A program made the translations under genes and the position numbers. Under the pieces are notes generated by a model, which worked only from the letters and a program-made list of their open reading frames with translations, did not search any database and was not told where the DNA came from. A DNA stretch of 64,000 nucleotides from the human T2T-CHM13v2.0 reference genome, Homo sapiens. Of the stretch, positions 26,296-41,696 are shown one piece after another. The stretch's first letter is position 1; every line of letters starts with the position of its first letter. The stretch is taken from NCBI RefSeq assembly GCF_009914755.1, contig NC_060936.1; one strand, given 5' to 3'.

Positions 26296-27772
26296 CCCTC
26301 AGGGAGGCTGGCAAGGGGCGCTAGTATTCCAGAAAGGGGTGGTGCAGGACAGTGTGGGCTGGGTGGAGACCCCTCTTGGGCTGGGATGTGGACGTAGAGA
26401 GGCCTTTCTTGTTCCTGCAGTAAAGAGAGAAGCTGCATGCCCCTGAGGACATGCTCCCAGGGGGGACAGAAGGGAAGAACATTGCAGGTTCACAAGAATG
26501 AATCAGGTCCTGGGTATCTGGGCCTTAGGGAATGGCTGCATGGGCCAGGGCACCAAGCCAGGGCCCCCGGGCCATGTGGCCCGCCCTCCTTGGAACCACA
26601 GAGGACACTAGATCAACTTTAGGTCACTGAGCTGTGCAAGGTGGAACCTCTTGTCAGCGGCGCTCCCCCAGTGACAATGGAGCGGAGATAGTGGTGGACC
26701 CATGAGACCACCTGCAAGACTCCAGGGAACCCATTTTCTGGAATTTTCCAAGTTGTTTTGGAATAATTCAGAGGGGGAAGAGGTGGCAGCCCTGAGAGGA
26801 AGCTAGAGGACCACCTTCCCCATGGCTGCGCAGATGAACGTGGGTTGGAGAGGAGCTGCTCATGCTCGGAGCTCATCTGGATTTACTGATTTACCCCACA
26901 CATGGTCACCCATCTGCCATGCACCAAGCACCCTTCAAGGGCGGCACGGACGAGAACAAACACAGCCTTGCCTGCGTGGAGGTCACGCTCTGCAGGGTGG
27001 AGACCACTCTCATCTGCAGGGCCCCTTTTGTCATGTTGTCACAGGGATGGCGGGGGGCCCACTGCGGGTGTGATATGCTGATGGGCAACTCTGGCTTTTT
27101 AAATATTTTAGCTCCGTGGCTGTGCTAAAAGCTATATTCAGTCCCTATTTTTCCTCTTATTTATTTTGATTGATAAAAATTGTATATATTTATGTACAAG
27201 GTGATGTTTTGAAGGACATATGCATCGTGGGATCCCCACAGGATTTGACCCTCGTACAGAGCAGAGCAAGCCTCCTTGACAAAGGGAAGGCAGCAGTGAA
27301 GGGTCAGAGGTGCTAATGAGGTGGAGAGGAAGGGGAGGCGCTTGACGGGGAGCAGCACACGCAGAGGCCTGGGTTGGAGGGGCTTGCTTGACAGACGGAA
27401 GGAAGGACCTTGAGACAGGGCAGGGAAGGAGGCGGAGTGTCGGGGAAGGGAGCTTGGAGAAGCAGGGAAGGGATGGCCCTTCAGGGCCTTGGTTAGGGTT
27501 TCAGTCTCATCCAAGGACAGTGGGAGCCCCCAACTCCCCCCAAGTGGTTCCAGTTAGGTGGGGGCAGTGCTGCCCAGTGGAGAGGGGTCTCCACTTTTTG
27601 GAGGTGGGAGGGAAGGCACAGAGATAATGAACCAAGGAAAGGGCCGCACAGTAGCTGAGAAGTGAGGAGGCCAGCCCTGGGGGCAGGCGGTGGCAGAGAT
27701 GGGCAGAGGCATATCTACAGGAAGGAGATTTGGGAGGAACAATCCATAGAACTTGCTGGATTGGATTTGGAG

Positions 27773-28219
27773 TGCATGTTAGTTTCCTATCGTCACTGTC
27801 CCAAATCACCACACATTTTGGAGGCTTAAAGTAAATGTATTCTCTAGTAGTTCTGGGGGTCAGAAGTTTGGAGTAGGTCCAAGGTGTTGGGACTGTGCAC
27901 CCTCCAGCCGCTTTCAGAGAGCATCTCCTTCCTTGCCTTTTCCAGCTTCCAGAGGCATCCGTGTTCCTTTGTCCCTTGGCCCCAACACTCTGACTTCTGC
28001 TTCTGTGGCCACGTCTCCTCCTCTGACTCTAAGCCACCTGCCTCCCTCTTAGGAGGACCCTTATGATGACACAGGGGCCACTCAGATCATCTAGGACCAT
28101 CTCCCTTCTCAAGGTCCTTCATCACATCCGCAGGGCCCCTTTTGCCATGTTGGTAACATTCCCAGATTCTGGGGATTGGGGCGTGGACACCTTTGGGGAC
28201 CATGGGTCTGCCCACCACA
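27773..28219 (-). mobile_element. MaLR solo LTR (MLT1D/E-like)
   Basis: 'tgttagtttcct...accacac...ggcttaaa...ttctggggattggggcgtggacacctttggggacc...cccaccaca'. Confidence 0.7.
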
Positions 28220-28424
28220 AGGAGTAAGCAGGAAGGACTCGTCCAGGAAGATTCCCAGTGTCTGGCTCATGCCATGGGATGGTGAGTCGTGCCACTTTTT
28301 AAAGGAGGAAGCATCAGGAGAGGACCAGGTTTGAATGACTTTGAGTTGAATTTCTTCCCAACATCGAAGAAGACACTCAAGTCGGCAGAATCTGCAACTG
28401 TGGATCTCAAAGGAGAGTCCTGGA

Positions 28425-28834
28425 TGTGTGTGTCATCCGTGAGCAGGCTATATATATACATAGTCTCTCTCTATATAGACAGGAGGTTATTTTAAGGAAC
28501 TGACTCATGCAGTTGTGGAGGCTGGCAAGTCTAAAATCTGCAGGGCAGGCTGGCAGCCGAGCCCCAGGGAAGGGTGGATGTTGCCACTCCAGCCTGAAGG
28601 CTTTCTGAAGGCAGAATCCCCTCTTCCCGGGGAACCTCAGTCTTTTTCTCCCACGGCCTTCACCTGATTAGATGAGACCCACCCATAGCCTGGCAGGTCT
28701 TTGGCTTCACTCAGGGGCTACTGACTTCAGTGTTCATCGCATCCCAAAAATACCACAGCAACATCTAGGCAGGTGTTTGACCGAATAGCTGAGAACCATG
28801 CCAAGCCAAGCTGACACATAAAACTGGCTGTGAC
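28425..28834 (-). mobile_element. ERVL solo LTR (MLT2-like)
   Basis: 'ttattttaaggaactgactcatgcagttgtggaggctggcaagtctaaaatctgcagggcaggctggcag...agccaagctgacacataaaa'. Confidence 0.75.
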
Positions 28835-29079
28835 ACTGCTTATCAGTCGCAGTGAATGACGCCTCCCTGCAGTGAGTGTCCAGGCCCCACACCCAGCAGC
28901 CTCCTTCATTTCCCTTTTCCTTTCACATCTGTCAGCAAGCCCTGTCAATTCTGTCCTCAGAATACACCCTGCATCTGTTCCCATCTTCTGAGCTAAAACC
29001 CTCTTCCGAGCCACCACCACCTCCTGCTTGCAGGACTGCAGCCATCGTCAGGGCCTCCCTGCTGCCCTGCGGGCCTGTG

Positions 29080-29256
29080 TCTGCCTCTCCATCTCTTACC
29101 TCCATCCACCTGTCTCTGTCACTCTGTTTTTGTATTGTCTCTGTTCATCTGTCTCTCTGTCTCTGCCTCTTTTTATCTCCCTCTCTCTCCCTGTCTGTCT
29201 GTGTCCCTGTCTCTTTGTCTTTCTCTGTCTTTGTGTCTGTCTCTTTCTCTCTCTCC
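29080..29256. repeat. Degenerate (TCTG/TC)n pyrimidine-rich low-complexity tract
   Basis: ~175 bp of almost pure T/C with interspersed G. Confidence 0.85.
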
Positions 29257-29574
29257 ACAAGGGCCTGGTCATGGAGGATGGCAGTGGCTGGGGTCTGAGG
29301 GAGAAGACGACAAGGACATCACATAGTCATAAGTCTTCCCCTGTCACAGATCCATTAGAGATAGAAGTGCCAAGAAGACGCGGTCCTCGGGGAGGCTGGC
29401 ATTGACATGGCCAAAGTGACACTGCTCCACCAGAGGCAGCCAAGCCACACGGTGTGGGAGAGCCAGGGACTCCAGGGGAGCCGGGCAGACTTGGGGGTGG
29501 CAACTGGGAGCAGCAGCTGAGCCCGAGGGCGTGGCAGCACCCAAGGTGCTGCAGGGTTGGATGCAGAGTGTGGT

Positions 29575-29800
29575 GAGCCCAGACTCAAAGTCCCTCCACC
29601 ACATCTAGCTGTGTGACCTTGAGCAAGTGTCTTTACCTCTCTGAGCCTCAGTTTCCTCATCTGTAAAGTATTGTACTGACGAATGACAGTATTTATCTCC
29701 GGATGGCTGCGAGGCTGAAGTGAGCTTAAGCAAGTGAAGTCCTCAGCTGGTGTCTGGCACAGAGCAAGGGCTCAGTAGATCTTAGCTGTTATTATTACTA
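29575..29800. mobile_element. MIR
   Basis: Canonical core 'agctgtgtgaccttgagcaagt...acctctctgagcctcagtttcctcatctgtaaa'. Confidence 0.85.
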
Positions 29801-30488
29801 TCCCCAGGAAGTGGCAGTGGTCCCAAGTGTTGTGATCTTGCAGAAAGGCTGGCACTGCCCGTCAGAGCTGGCTGTCCCAGTGAAGGTGACAACAGCTGAG
29901 CCTGCATCTGGCAGAGGGAGCAGGGTCTGGCAGACCTGGCTGTAGCTGGAAGCGTGGTGGCAGCAGTGGGTTGGCAGCGGTGTGGTGGTCATTTGCCGGC
30001 AGGCGAAGCGCTGAGGTCCCAGAGTGCTGCCCAAGAGCCCCGTGTTTGAAGGCACTGGGAGGTGGTCCCTGGTGACTCCAGACCTGCTCAGGTAGATTTT
30101 GCAGGGAGCCAGGGCCAAGCAAAAGCAGGAGGGGGAAAAAGCATCTTTTAGTTCCCTTTCTCTGAAAGCAAACAGTCACAAGCTACAAGCCTGGGGCTTG
30201 TGAGGATCGCCAACTCTTCTGCGCACCGGTGAGTTCTTGACAATCAGATGAACAGAGGGAAAGAGGCGTGCCCTTGCTAGCCAACTTCCTGGAGCCCTCT
30301 CAGCTGGCATCTTGGTGCTTGTACACATTTGAGAGCATCAGCATTTCTTTACAAATGACCCCATCAGCTCGCCAGTCACCTTGCTTTGCTGGAAGTTTGC
30401 CTTGGGATTTGGGAGAATTTAGTTGAAACCAGTAACACCCAGCGTGGCCAAATTCCATATGCTCCTTCTGCCTCTGTGTAACAATTTC

Positions 30489-30780
30489 CTTTCTTTTTTT
30501 GAGATGATTCTCACTCTGTTACCCAGGCTGGAGTGCAGTAGCATGATCTCGGCTCACTGCAGCCTCTGCCTCCTCAGTTCAAGTCATTCTCCTGCCTCAG
30601 CCTCCCCCAAGCAGCTGGGACCACAGGCGTGTGCCACTACACCCAGCTAATTTTTGTATTATTAGTAGAGACAGGGTTTCACGATATTCAGGCTGGTCTC
30701 AAACCCCTGGCCTCAAGTGATCCATCTGCCTCAGCCTCCCAAAGTTCTGGGATTACATGCGTGAGCCACCACACTCAGCC
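30489..30780 (-). mobile_element. Alu SINE (old S/J type)
   Basis: Full dimer; TSD-like tctgtgtaacaatttc/tctatgtaacagtttc. Confidence 0.92.
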
Positions 30781-30962
30781 TCTATGTAACAGTTTCTTTG
30801 AAATTTGTCGGAAGCAGGTTACCAGGGAGAAATAATATTTTTAATTATTCTTTCATTTATTTATTGTTTGTACATTTTCTGTGTGTGCATTCATCTGCAG
30901 GTTGTATCTTGGAATAGACCCCGCAGAGACGTGCAAGTAATGACTTCACATTAACGTGTCAC

Positions 30963-31885
<923 letters not shown>

Positions 31886-32861
31886 ACCGTCCACCTCCAC
31901 AGATTTAGTTAGCAAAGGTATCAAACTAGACAAGCCCCGGGGAAATTTCTGTCCCTCGTGAGTAAGTAAAAATGATATGTATCAAACAGTAATTTTGAGG
32001 AAAGGAAAAAAAAGACAGCAAAACTCATACGATCTCATCTCAGGTTACAGAATCTTAGGCGTTAACTAGCTGATCTCATGTCACAAAAAGTCCGGGTAGG
32101 AGAGTCAGCATTTTGGGGTCTTCATCCAATTCCCCAGTGCCCTGGCTTCACACTGGCCAGCTCATTTGACCTCCCCGAGGCAGAGCGACAGGAAAGCACG
32201 TGACTCATCTCCTTCTAGCGTGTGTCTGTCCCAACAAAGTCCTAATCAAGATCCCCGAGAGATCCTCGGGCTGCAAGATGCCTGGGAAATATCAATTGCT
32301 GTCAGCCTCACAGGCTCCATGCAGGGAATTCCTGCAGGCTCAGAGGCCTTTGTCATCAGGGAGCTTGCAGTCAAACGACTTGTGGTTTTCTTCAGCACTT
32401 CGGTATCGGCCAGGATCTCTTTTCTTTTTCTGACACTCTCAGACAAAATGCACAGAACAGTTTACAAGCCCCTCCAAGTTCTCTAGTCCCTCTTGATAAT
32501 TGCCTCTGAATATTGACACAGTTTTAATATACAAATTTAATACGCAGAGGGATGGTAGATGCGATGACTTGGATAATCCCCATGAGCAGGGAATAATAAA
32601 ATAGACACGTGGCTTTGGAATTAATTATACTTTATTTGGCTTCATGATTTAGTTTTGAATTATATAATTGACTTTATATTAAGTAAATTTAAGTTACATA
32701 GGTGGTTGAGAAAGAACCAATAATCAAATGGAAAAAAGCCAACCTGGGGTTCATTTTTGTTTTCCTTCGTGCGGAATAGAAGTTGCTGATTCACTCGTGG
32801 GTGGTTGAGTGTTATTCATATACTCAAGAGCTTATGTTCTTTGTATCATTTGTTTGGGGTA

Positions 32862-33595
<734 letters not shown>

Positions 33596-33972
33596 TATTG
33601 TGGGTATTTTTAAAGAACACAACATAGTGAAAGGTGTTTGTTTTTCTTTTACAAAACAAAACAAGTCTAAGATTGAAGGATTTGCTCTGTTGTTCCCATG
33701 TTCCTGGGACTAGAGTTGCTATTGCCTTTATTAGCGTTGGTCTATTTTAAAACAACAAAAAACCAAACCAAACCCTGGAGGTATATTTGATTAGCATGGA
33801 AGAGTTAAATGCCAGAGTTATCGTACAAAGAGAAATAAGAGACGCTGAGCATTATAAAGACCTGACAAGTCTATGCTGCGTGAACAGAGGCTGAAAATTA
33901 AGCCCTGGGTGACTTCAAGTACAGCTTTGGGAAACGATGCAGGGAGCTGTCTGGGAATGAAGGGATGTATGT

Positions 33973-33989
33973 GCCCCCTCTAGTGGTCA
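33973..33989 (-). promoter_or_regulatory. Candidate CTCF site (reverse orientation)
   Basis: Reverse complement TGACCACTAGAGGGGGC, one mismatch to the CCAC(C/T)AG(A/G)GGGCGC core. Confidence 0.55.
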
Positions 33990-34279
33990 AAAGAGGTGGG
34001 GTTGGGAGCTACGCTTTGGATTCTTTACCCCCCAGCCACATACAACTTTCTAAACTTTTTTCCTTAACTTTTTTTCTTTAAAGGAGGACAAAAACTGCCA
34101 CCCTCCACTTTGTTCTCTGAATTGCTTTTAAAAGACAGTTTTTAAATTTGTCCATAAAACATTTTTCTGACTCACCACAATGCTGTAAAAGCAACCACTC
34201 CAGGAGTCACAGAACCCCGTGGTCTCCAGTTTCAACCCCTTCTCTCTTTATGCCTTTGTAAAAATTTGTATTTAGTTCA

Positions 34280-34570
34280 TTTTTTTAGGGACAGGGTCTT
34301 GCTCTGTTGTCCAGGCTGTGGTGCAGTGGTGCGATCATAGCTCACTGTAACTTCGAACTCCAGGGCTCAAGTGATCGTCCTGCCTCAGCCTCCTGAGGAG
34401 CTGGGACCTCAGGCATATACCACTACGTCTCACTAATTTTTGTATTTTTTGTAGAGACAGGGTCTCACTATGTTGCCCAGGCTGGTCTCCAACTCCTGGT
34501 GTCAAGCAGTCCTCCCACCTCAGCCTCCCAAACATGTTGGGATTAAAGGTGTGAGCTACTGTGCTCAGCC
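34280..34570 (-). mobile_element. AluJ-type SINE
   Basis: Diverged dimer with 'gatcatagctcactgtaacttcgaactcc'. Confidence 0.9.
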
Positions 34571-35654
34571 CCAGCCTTTCTTATCTCATTTAAATGTTGA
34601 ACCTGATGACCCAAACACATTTACTTTGTTTCATCTATTTAAATTCTTTGTAAATTCTATGAACTATATAGCAAGGCTAGTTCTTTAATGATCACTCACT
34701 TGCAAAATAAAAAAAAAAGATATAATAATGCTAATAAGACTTTTGTAGGAGGTGATGTGATATACAAAATAAAAGCGTGATGTGATTTCCTCAGGCAATT
34801 TCTTTGGGAAAATAAAAAAGGAAGTTGATAGTCTAGTGGAGACATCAGATTAGAAACAATTACTTCATTTGTGCCGTGGACTGAAGACACAGATTCCCTT
34901 CTGAGAGCTCAGGCCATTGTGTATCAATCATACCACAAATGGGAGTGTTTTAAAAACTCTAAACAACTGTTTGGTGAAACATGCCAAGAACCACCTCTGA
35001 GAAGGCAGCCTATTGATAAAGTGGTTCTTTTTGGCTCTAAAAATCCCAAGCACGTGGGTGAACAGGTGCACATGATCTTCCGTTCTCTTTTTCCTGTGGA
35101 GTTCATCAATGACTATGATCTGACAGAGGAAAGCTCTGCTAAGAACATAAGGAGACTTAAAAGATGGCGAGGTGGCACAGCAGCTTGGAAGAGCAGGTTT
35201 TAGTCTAGAGATGGGAAGTTTTGAGCCTTCAGTGGTTAGAAAAATTCCTTCTCCTCTGCCTTCTCTCCTTCCCTTCAAGGCATCGATGTGTGGAATATAA
35301 ACCATCTTTATATTTTAGAGGTTGACATCTTGTCTTACAGCAATTCAAAGGGAAGGAGACATGCAGCCCCATTCAAGCACAGGACGTGGACAGAGTGTCC
35401 AGGGACTTGCGAAAGTGAGAGGACAAAACTAACTAAAAAGCCACAGGCCCCAATCTACCAGATGACCCAGTAGTTTTACTTCTGGGACAGCCCTGAAGAA
35501 GTGAGGATCACCTTGCTAGGGGCTGAAAATCACCCTATCTAGGGTCCTGGGAGCCAGGAGAGGCTTTCTACAGAAGGGCTTTGAGGGATGTGTAGGAGTT
35601 CACTTGACAGGTACAGTGAGAAAGCACACTTTAAGCAGAGGAGAGAATATATAC

Positions 35655-35845
35655 CAGTGGTTCTCAACATTAAGCCTACATCAGAACCACCTGGAGGGCT
35701 CATGAAAACACCAATCTCTGGGCCTTGCCCCCCAGTTTCTGATTCACTGGGTCTGGGGTAAGGCTTGGGAATTTGTTTTTGTTTTTAACGAGTTCCCAGG
35801 GGATGCTGACGCTGTTGTTCTAGGGACCCCACTTTGAAAACTGTA
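35655..35845. mobile_element. MER5A-like hAT-Charlie MITE
   Basis: 'cagtggttctcaac...catcagaaccacctggagggct...ttcccaggggatgctgacgctg...ccactttgaaaac'. Confidence 0.8.
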
Positions 35846-36859
35846 AACTTACATGAAGAACTGAAGCATGAAGTCACAGCCTGCGTCTGGGGAACTGTAA
35901 CTACCTCGTTGTTGCTGGAATTTGAATTGTCTGAGCAATATGGTTAGAGGGTTAGGGAGGAGTCTCAAATGCCGAGCTGTGGGCATGCAAAATAAAGAAA
36001 CGCGCCATTTGTGCATTCCAGGAGCAGGCGGCGCTGTGCTGCTGTAACTTTCAATCCCAATTGACATGCCCATTTTCCAGAGGAAGAAATTGCGGAACAC
36101 AAGGTTCACTGATTGGTCCAAATTCCCCATTTAAGTAAGTGATGGATCTGGGATTCTAAACCGGGCCTCGGGAGACGCTAAAGCCCTTTTTATCTCCCTT
36201 GCCAGGGGCTCCATGCTAGAGCACTTAAAATTAAATCTCCGCAACAGAGGCATTGGGGAGAAAAATAATCAGGAAATATCTTGGGCAGGAGATTATAGGA
36301 TAGGTCGGAAGGGGCTTACACCAGACCCTTTGGGAGACCCGCAAAAGTTGAACTGACAGACTCTTGAGATGTGATGTGGCCGCAGAGCTGGAGAAGGCCG
36401 ATTAGAGAGGAGAGATGGGAGGGAGGACCTGGGACCCTGCTGGCTGATAGGTTGTGGTGCGTACCATTGAGGCCTTGACTTTGGAGAGATACCTGGTGAA
36501 GCCAGCGAGAAAGGCAGGAGGGGTCGGAGGGGCACGTCATGAAGACGTCCTGGGACACGAGGACCCACACGCTCCCTCCTTCCCGGTTACCCAGCCTTTT
36601 TCTAAGCCTTTCGTCATTCTGACTGGTTAATTTTGTTATCTTTTATTTTCTCGTCTCACTCATTCTCTTTGAATTTCTCTTCTGTCTTCATGCTCATTAT
36701 CAGGCTAGCAAATTGTTAACTATGTAAATTTTAAAAGGAAAAATGTCAGCAGGCAGCTGGACAAGACAGAAGAGACAGAACTTCAAATGTTGCAGTCCAG
36801 GCTCCTTGGGAGAGTATGTCCTCCTTCTCATGAACAGGGAGAGCAAATGGTGTAACTGA

Positions 36860-37905
36860 CACCCCTAAGTTCATCACGTGGGTGTCATCATTACAACACT
36901 TTGCAATATTAGCTTCATTTTCTGCCCCCTGGAGTATTTTGAAGCATATTTCAGATGTTATAACACCTCTAAATACTTTAGAATGTGTCTCTAAAAATAG
37001 GGACATCTTCCTACTAACCATGGCACCATCATCATCACACATAAAAGATTAACGCAATTCACTGAATCATCTAACACCAAGTCAATATTCAGACATCCCT
37101 AGTATTGAATTATCTAACCCGCAGTCGATATTCAGATATCCCCAGTTATTCCCAATGTCTTTTCCTCCAAGATTTTATCATAAAAATATTTTCAAACATC
37201 AGATGAATTGAAGGACTCTTACAGTGAGCATCTATATATCCACCACCTAGTTGTGGAATTACCATTTGGCTGTGTGCTTTCTTGTATACCTGTCCGTCTA
37301 TCCATCTTTCCAGTCACCCATTAATCCATCTTAATTTTTCAGTGCATTTCAGAGTGAGATGCAGATATCAGCACCCTTCCCCCTAAACACTTCAGCATGA
37401 GTATCATTTGCTGGAGTCCAGTATTTATTAGGTTCTTTCCTTTTGAGGTAAAATTGACATATAAATAAAAGACCCAAATTTCCAGTATAATATTTGATGA
37501 ATTGAGCAAATAGTTAGCTGTCTAACCCAAACCCCTGTGAAGATAGCAAACATTTTCATCACCCCAGAAGGTTCCCCATGTCCCTTCCCAGTCAATCCCC
37601 CCACTCCACACAACCCCTGATTTGACTTTTTCCTATCACTGCATCTTCTGGAAGTTCATATAAATAGCATGGTGCCCTTGTGTAAGGCTGCTTTCACATG
37701 GCATAATGCTTTTGTTATGTACCCATGTCGTGTGTGTCACAATAGCCTGTGATTTTTATTGTTATGGAGTAGCCTGTCACATGATGTGTCCACCATTTAC
37801 TCATCCATCACTTGTTGAGGGACATTTAGGCTGAATCTTCCATTTGGCGATGATGAGTAAAGCTGCTATGAACATTTTCATGTACAGGTTTTTTTGTGGA
37901 CTCTC
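36860..37905 (-). mobile_element. Nested old L1M 3'-end fragments
   Basis: 'ttttgaggtaaaattgacatat...aaacattttcatcaccccagaaggttcccc...gtaaagctgctatgaacatt'. Confidence 0.65.
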
Positions 37906-38288
37906 GCAAACGTCTCCTACTGCTGGTTTATTTTAACCATGATGCAATCAAGGTCCCACCCTGCAGCCGATTGTTGTGCTTCTGACGTTTCCTTTAATTA
38001 AGTTGAAGGGGCCCAGTCAAACCCCCTGTTGTAGCCACAGCTCCGGTTACCTGCCAGGCATACAAAGGAGCTGAGTTCTCAGAGTAACAACAGCTACTGA
38101 GCTGCTTGTGTAGACCTTAGGCTTGTGATTGGAATGGTTTCGTTGTACACCCGCCGGTTGTTACAGGGAAGAAAGACTCCAGGCTGGACATCTCAGAACT
38201 AAACTAATTGAACTAATTAACCTAATCTCTCCCTCTTTCTCATACTCTGGGAGTCAGCCATTTTTGTTGGTGATGCTGCACTGTTTCG

Positions 38289-38307
38289 CAGCCACAAGGG
38301 GGCACCT
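38289..38307 (+). promoter_or_regulatory. Candidate CTCF site (forward orientation) with upstream-motif-like TGCACT
   Basis: CAGCCACAAGGGGGCACCT matches the CCACnAGGGGGCRC core; TGCACT lies 6 nt upstream. Confidence 0.65.
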
Positions 38308-38899
38308 GTGTGCTTTGTATGATTTAAAATTTTCATTTGGCAATTAAAAAAAGTTCTCCCAGAAAATCAGTATTTTAAGATGCTTTCCCTGTTTCCCAGT
38401 CTATTGAATTCAATGGTGACTTTTGTTCAATTGTTCAATACGTATTTACCGAATACCCACCATGACTAATGCATTGTGCTACGCACTGTGGGTGGTGAAG
38501 AAATAAAATAGTTCCTACCCTTGGGACTCTTCTGACCCACAGGGAGGAGAGAGAACCACAGTACAGCTCGGCATGTGTTTGAAGTCAGAAGAATGGGGCG
38601 AAACTGTGGAGATTCAGGTGGGTGGGAGCTGGCATCGCGATATTCCGGGAGGCCATGATGTCAAGAGCAAGTGAAGAGACCAGAAGGTTCTGGAACCCAG
38701 GATCTGTTAGGGATGCTGGAAGGGATTCGATGGTCCAGAGCTAGGGAATTTGGAACTTATTCATGATGTTGAATGACACGGGGGAGTTTTCAGTGGGGAA
38801 GTGACTGGTAGTATTGAATTGGAGAGGAAAGAGAAGAGGCAGGAAACTCTCTGTGGGGGCAGTTTGGGGGTGATGGGGCCCATGCTGGGGTGACCCTGG

Positions 38900-39140
38900 G
38901 AGAATGGCTGAGAATCATCTCTGAGTGCTGTAGGAATGAATGAGACCAATGGAGAGGAGAGAGAGAACATTCTGGAATCCTTCTGGAATGACTGAAAATC
39001 ATCTCTGAGTGTTGTAGGAATGAAGGAGACCACTTGGGGAGAGGAGAGAGAGAACATTCTGGAATGTTCTGAGAATCATTCCAGAATTACTGCAGACCAC
39101 TTGGGGAGAGGAGAGAAAGACAATATCCTGGAATGTTCTT
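38900..39140. repeat. ~3.1-copy degenerate tandem repeat, unit ~70-85 bp
   Basis: Units start at ~38900, 38985, 39061 and 39130 and share 'gaatg.ctga.aatcat...gacca...ggagaggagaga.aga.ca...ctggaat'. Confidence 0.85.
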
Positions 39141-39248
39141 GGAGCAGTCTTATTTTGAAGTTTGGTTTTCAAAGTCAAGTAGCTTTGCATTATATGAAAA
39201 CTTTCACTAAGATACTTCCAAGTAGGGTCAGTGGCGAGTTGTTCTGCC

Positions 39249-39793
<545 letters not shown>

Positions 39794-39947
39794 TGCCTCA
39801 GGGATTAATCAGATCTTTTGTTAAGTGCGAATCCCAGCACGTGAAGTGGGATGTATTTTTTAAGTGGGAAGTATTCTGATTAAACGGGAGCATGAGGCAG
39901 TGAAATGGGATAAATTTGTTTTATGCAAGATGAAACACTAAATCACC

Positions 39948-40004
39948 TTTATACAAATATTCATACAAATATTTTTATACAAATATGAATTTTTTATACA
40001 AAAA
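39948..40004. repeat. Short AT-rich tandem repeat (atacaaatat-like x4)
   Basis: ttatacaaatat tcatacaaatat ttttatacaaatat gaattttttatacaaaa. Confidence 0.75.
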
Positions 40005-41386
40005 TTTCAGCATTCCTGAAATTATAAATCAGTGGGAAAAGTTTGACTTAAAAAATAAATTCAGTGGCAGATAAACAATTCAAGTGATTCTTTGTTTTTA
40101 CCTTTGTTGAAAGAAATGGTATTAGTAACTTAAAATAGATTTGTTTAAAAAACGAAAATATAACGTGTTTTTGGTCCATTGAAATAAGGTGATATGACAG
40201 TCACGCCCAGGTCCCCAATTACTAGGCTGATTTACATAAGCATGATTTACCCTGATTTATATAAACATCCATCCTTCCCTAATCACTTTATTAAGTTTCA
40301 GGTTCAAATATTTCCCTGAAACTTTTTTCAGGGAAAAAATATACATTTTATATTTATATTTTTAATATTTTTTTTTCCCACTTTCCTTAAAAATCTCCTT
40401 TTCATCACTAAAGGGCAGTTCAGCCACAGGCTCTGGATTCAAATCCAGCACCTTCTCATGTTAGCTGTGTGACTTTAGTTTCCCTCACTATCAAGTGAGG
40501 ATAATAAGAGGGTTTCCTCACCGGATCAGAGGAGTGCCCAGCAGGGGTGGGCACAGCTCCTGGCACACTCACTGTGATTGATGTTTCTGGTTGACGTTGT
40601 CTTCGACCCAAGTCTGCTTATGTAAGATGTGAGCCTGGCTGATTAACTCTGCTTTGTAAATTAAAAGGGAAATCTTCCTTTTTCCAACTTGCCCAGGAAG
40701 CTTTGGTGTGTCCCTACGTGTTTTCTTGTATCATGTGGTTAAGGGTGACTTGATCCAGGAACTCAAAAGATCCTGTTAATACTTCTTTTTAATGGGATCG
40801 TCCAACCTTTAAAATTCATTCACCCCTTATATATAAACCCACAGATGTTAAAACCAGAACAAGGATGTATTCACGGAGGAAACAAATTCCATCTTCAACA
40901 CAGCACTTGCAGAGGTAGAATTAACTCAGAAAGAGGCTGGACAACTTGGCCTGGAACCCACTGTGGGAAACTTTGGTAACTATCAGCTGTGGTTTGCTTT
41001 TCTGCACCACTGACTCAGCAACCCTGCAGTTGGGCACTGGGTGAGTTTGCAGTGGGAGAGAACAACCTTATCCTCTCTTTGAAAAACATTTCCACCCACA
41101 GGACAGCTTATTGGGAGGACCAGAACTCCGAAAGAATGAAAAAGGAAAATGAATGAAACCACATAGATTTTGTTTGCTCCTAGTGAAACAGGAAAAGGGA
41201 ATAAGAACCAAAAATTTAGTATCATTTTGCCTGGATGATTTTTTCAGTTAGCTAGAGAAAAAGATTTGATGGCTTTAATAGGGATTAACAGAAGTGATCT
41301 TTCAGAAAGTTATAGATACTTACTTTTAGGGTTTTCTTTTCCCCCCAACTAGCTTGTCTAATGTAATATACATCATGATAAATACC

Positions 41387-41696
<310 letters not shown>

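Noticed and set aside
26307-26324. CTCF-like GGCTGGCAAGGGGCGCTA
   Set aside because: Mismatches in the conserved 5' CC core; too weak to call.
28876-29405. Ser/Leu/Cys-rich ORFs
   Set aside because: Produced by the (TCTG)n low-complexity tract.
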